The notes below the pieces were generated by a model. It made no database searches. It was not told the origin of the DNA and was given only the letters and a program-made list of their open reading frames with translations. Source: Corallochytrium limacisporum Hawaii (lineage: Eukaryota > Protista > Pluriformea). Taken from it: a stretch of 64,000 bases of DNA. Shown here piece by piece: positions 62,089 to 64,000 of this stretch (position 1 is its first letter; each line of letters starts with the position of its first letter). The stretch is taken from positions 239,842 to 303,841 of the forward strand of contig PDIP01000010.1 of assembly GCA_002811645.1 (NCBI GenBank), given 5' to 3'. The translations under genes and the position numbers were made by a program.

Positions 62089-64000
62089 ACTCTATCTATC
62101 AAAAACGCCTGCCGTGAGGGCAGAATAAATGTGATTTGGGGCTCACAGTACCTAGACGAGCATGTCGCAATGGAGAACTATACAAATATATCTAAACGAT
62201 CGCTATCGATCAATGATTGGTTCGAGCTGCAACTGATGTTCATTTTCCTACCTTCGCGCACCCCAGACTAACCACACTGCACCATTTTACGTCTGTCACA
62301 GCTCGCATGGGACCCAGAAAACTTTACCGGATTGTTTGCTACGATGCGATTTGCAACACTCTGTTGATCTATGTCCCCACAAGATAACCCTACCGCTCAC
62401 TCTCACAGGTCCCGTAAGTCAGTCCAAAGTTCTAACTCCTCTCCCCACGTCCACCGCGGCGGAGCGAGAGAGGGAGTGGTATTGAATGTACGTCGGCCCC
62501 TCGCCCGGTGTCATCATATTTTCGCGCCCTTGCCCATTTTCTTCGTTTTCTTTCCAATTTCTCTCATAGTTTAGGAATGTTCATGCTGTCAGGAACAAAA
62601 CGTAAGGTAAAACGAGTGCCACTGAAATGTGCAGGAGGACGGGGGCTGGGAGTGAAATTAGTTGGTGTGTTGGTATAACTATACCACACACGTACCACTC
62701 GGTGGTACTGTGGCAATGAGTTTTTGAGGAACCCGTTGAAACGTGTGACATCGGGCCCCTCTCCTTCCGGCTTACGGAACTCTTGAGACCCCCTCTTCCC
62801 CTGTTTTGAGTGGGGTGGTGCGCACACATAGTCCCATTGGCCACAAGGTGCGGCTGTCCTCCTCTCCCGCCGGAAATCCTCAATTCGATGCAGTGGAGAC
62901 TTTCGCATGCGAGTCCCAGAAAAAATCGCGTAGGCAACGAAAACGAAAGATGGACATAAGTACATAACACACGCAGGCTGCAGAGAATTTTGCAACCGGC
63001 ATCCGAATGTGTTACTTTTGACCACTGAATCAATTTCCACTCGGCTTTGCATCGTTTTGTAACACGGTGGTAGGTGGCTTCGCCTGTGAGCCATTCCGGG
63101 GCGGGAAACCGGAGATCATATTTTAACAGGGAACTCAATGTTAATACGAGAATGCGTTAGGCGACTGGAATGACAACCCCAGTGTTCACTCGGCCATTAT
63201 ACGCTTGTTATTGATGTCATGCGCTGGTTGACCGATTGCCTCCTGTTCATGCAATCGCGAAATGGCTGCCAGTAGCAGGCCATGTGGAGCGCGTGTTCGG
63301 TCGTACGGTGTCGAATGACCCGTGCAATCTGCGGGTACCCCACGAGCTTTAAACCATGCAGTGCAGTATCCGCAGTGGCACTCTTGCCACGTACCTCGGT
63401 GTGGGAGTACTAGTGAGCCAGCACAGTCAAACTAAGAACCCCAGATGTTTGTGCATATTCTTGAACTACTTGTAATGTACGTGGTACAGGAATAGCTTCG
63501 ATGATAAGGACGATTTCTGAGGTATGGTCGTACCACGTCATAATCGCCAATACCATCCATCAAACGCTCCGGACTTTTTCGCATTCTAGCTTGGCCATGA
63601 TACAGTGAGGAAGTGGTGCCGCCTGTCAAGTACCACGCGAAGCGGTTATTGAAATCTCATACTGCGATCATTTGGGGATGGATTATGGGAAAACAAGCAC
63701 ACACAACGCGCTACGAGTGAATGCGTATACCCACTGATTCTATGAAACTGTTGTATATGACTGCTGCATGTGAACCTACACGAAATGACGAAAGGGGTAG
63801 ATGATCTTGTTCGTCAAGTACATTCGTATAGACCTTCTTATGACTCTAAGTGATTTCGCACATAACGGAAACTATTGAAATGCGAGGAGATAAGTCCATA
63901 GGCAAAAATGTACTATCCTCTGAGTTGAATGTATACTCCGTATCCAACCAAAATTTTCGTTCGAAAATATATACCGGATCGTGATTTATATGATTATTTA

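Noticed and set aside
1-64000. Transposons, CRISPR arrays, rRNA
   Set aside because: No transposase/RT/integrase motifs, terminal repeats, spaced repeats or rRNA sequence seen; the RNase H gene is cellular type with a hybrid-binding domain

Overview
Gene-dense eukaryotic nuclear DNA read in the standard code, with no spliceosomal intron needed in any CDS. About 28 intact protein genes, one intron-containing tRNA-Ser(UGA), microsatellites and a 227-N gap. Animal-type genes (GRIPAP1, LMBR1/LMBR1L, NADK2, FAXDC2, NEK2-like, PAS-B protein) plus the absence of introns suggest a compact unicellular holozoan such as a Corallochytrium-like lineage (inference). Main observation: much of the apparently intergenic DNA reads as frameshifted, stop-ridden, partly deleted relics of flagellar/ciliary genes. 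Stronger cases are CCDC96/CFAP184, BBS2, CFAP44 and a B9-domain gene; moderate cases are ARL6/BBS3, RSPH9 and IFT20; weak cases are TMEM216-like and CFAP126-like. Together they look like a fossil record of flagellum loss. These identifications are by-eye alignments to reference proteins recalled from memory and need tBLASTn/HMM confirmation. Also notable: the tRNA-Ser fails to pair only at acceptor positions 1-3 (the 5'-editing signature); a small tandem-domain protein resembles a bacterial/phage family; and RNase H1 has a uORF plus two in-frame AUGs.
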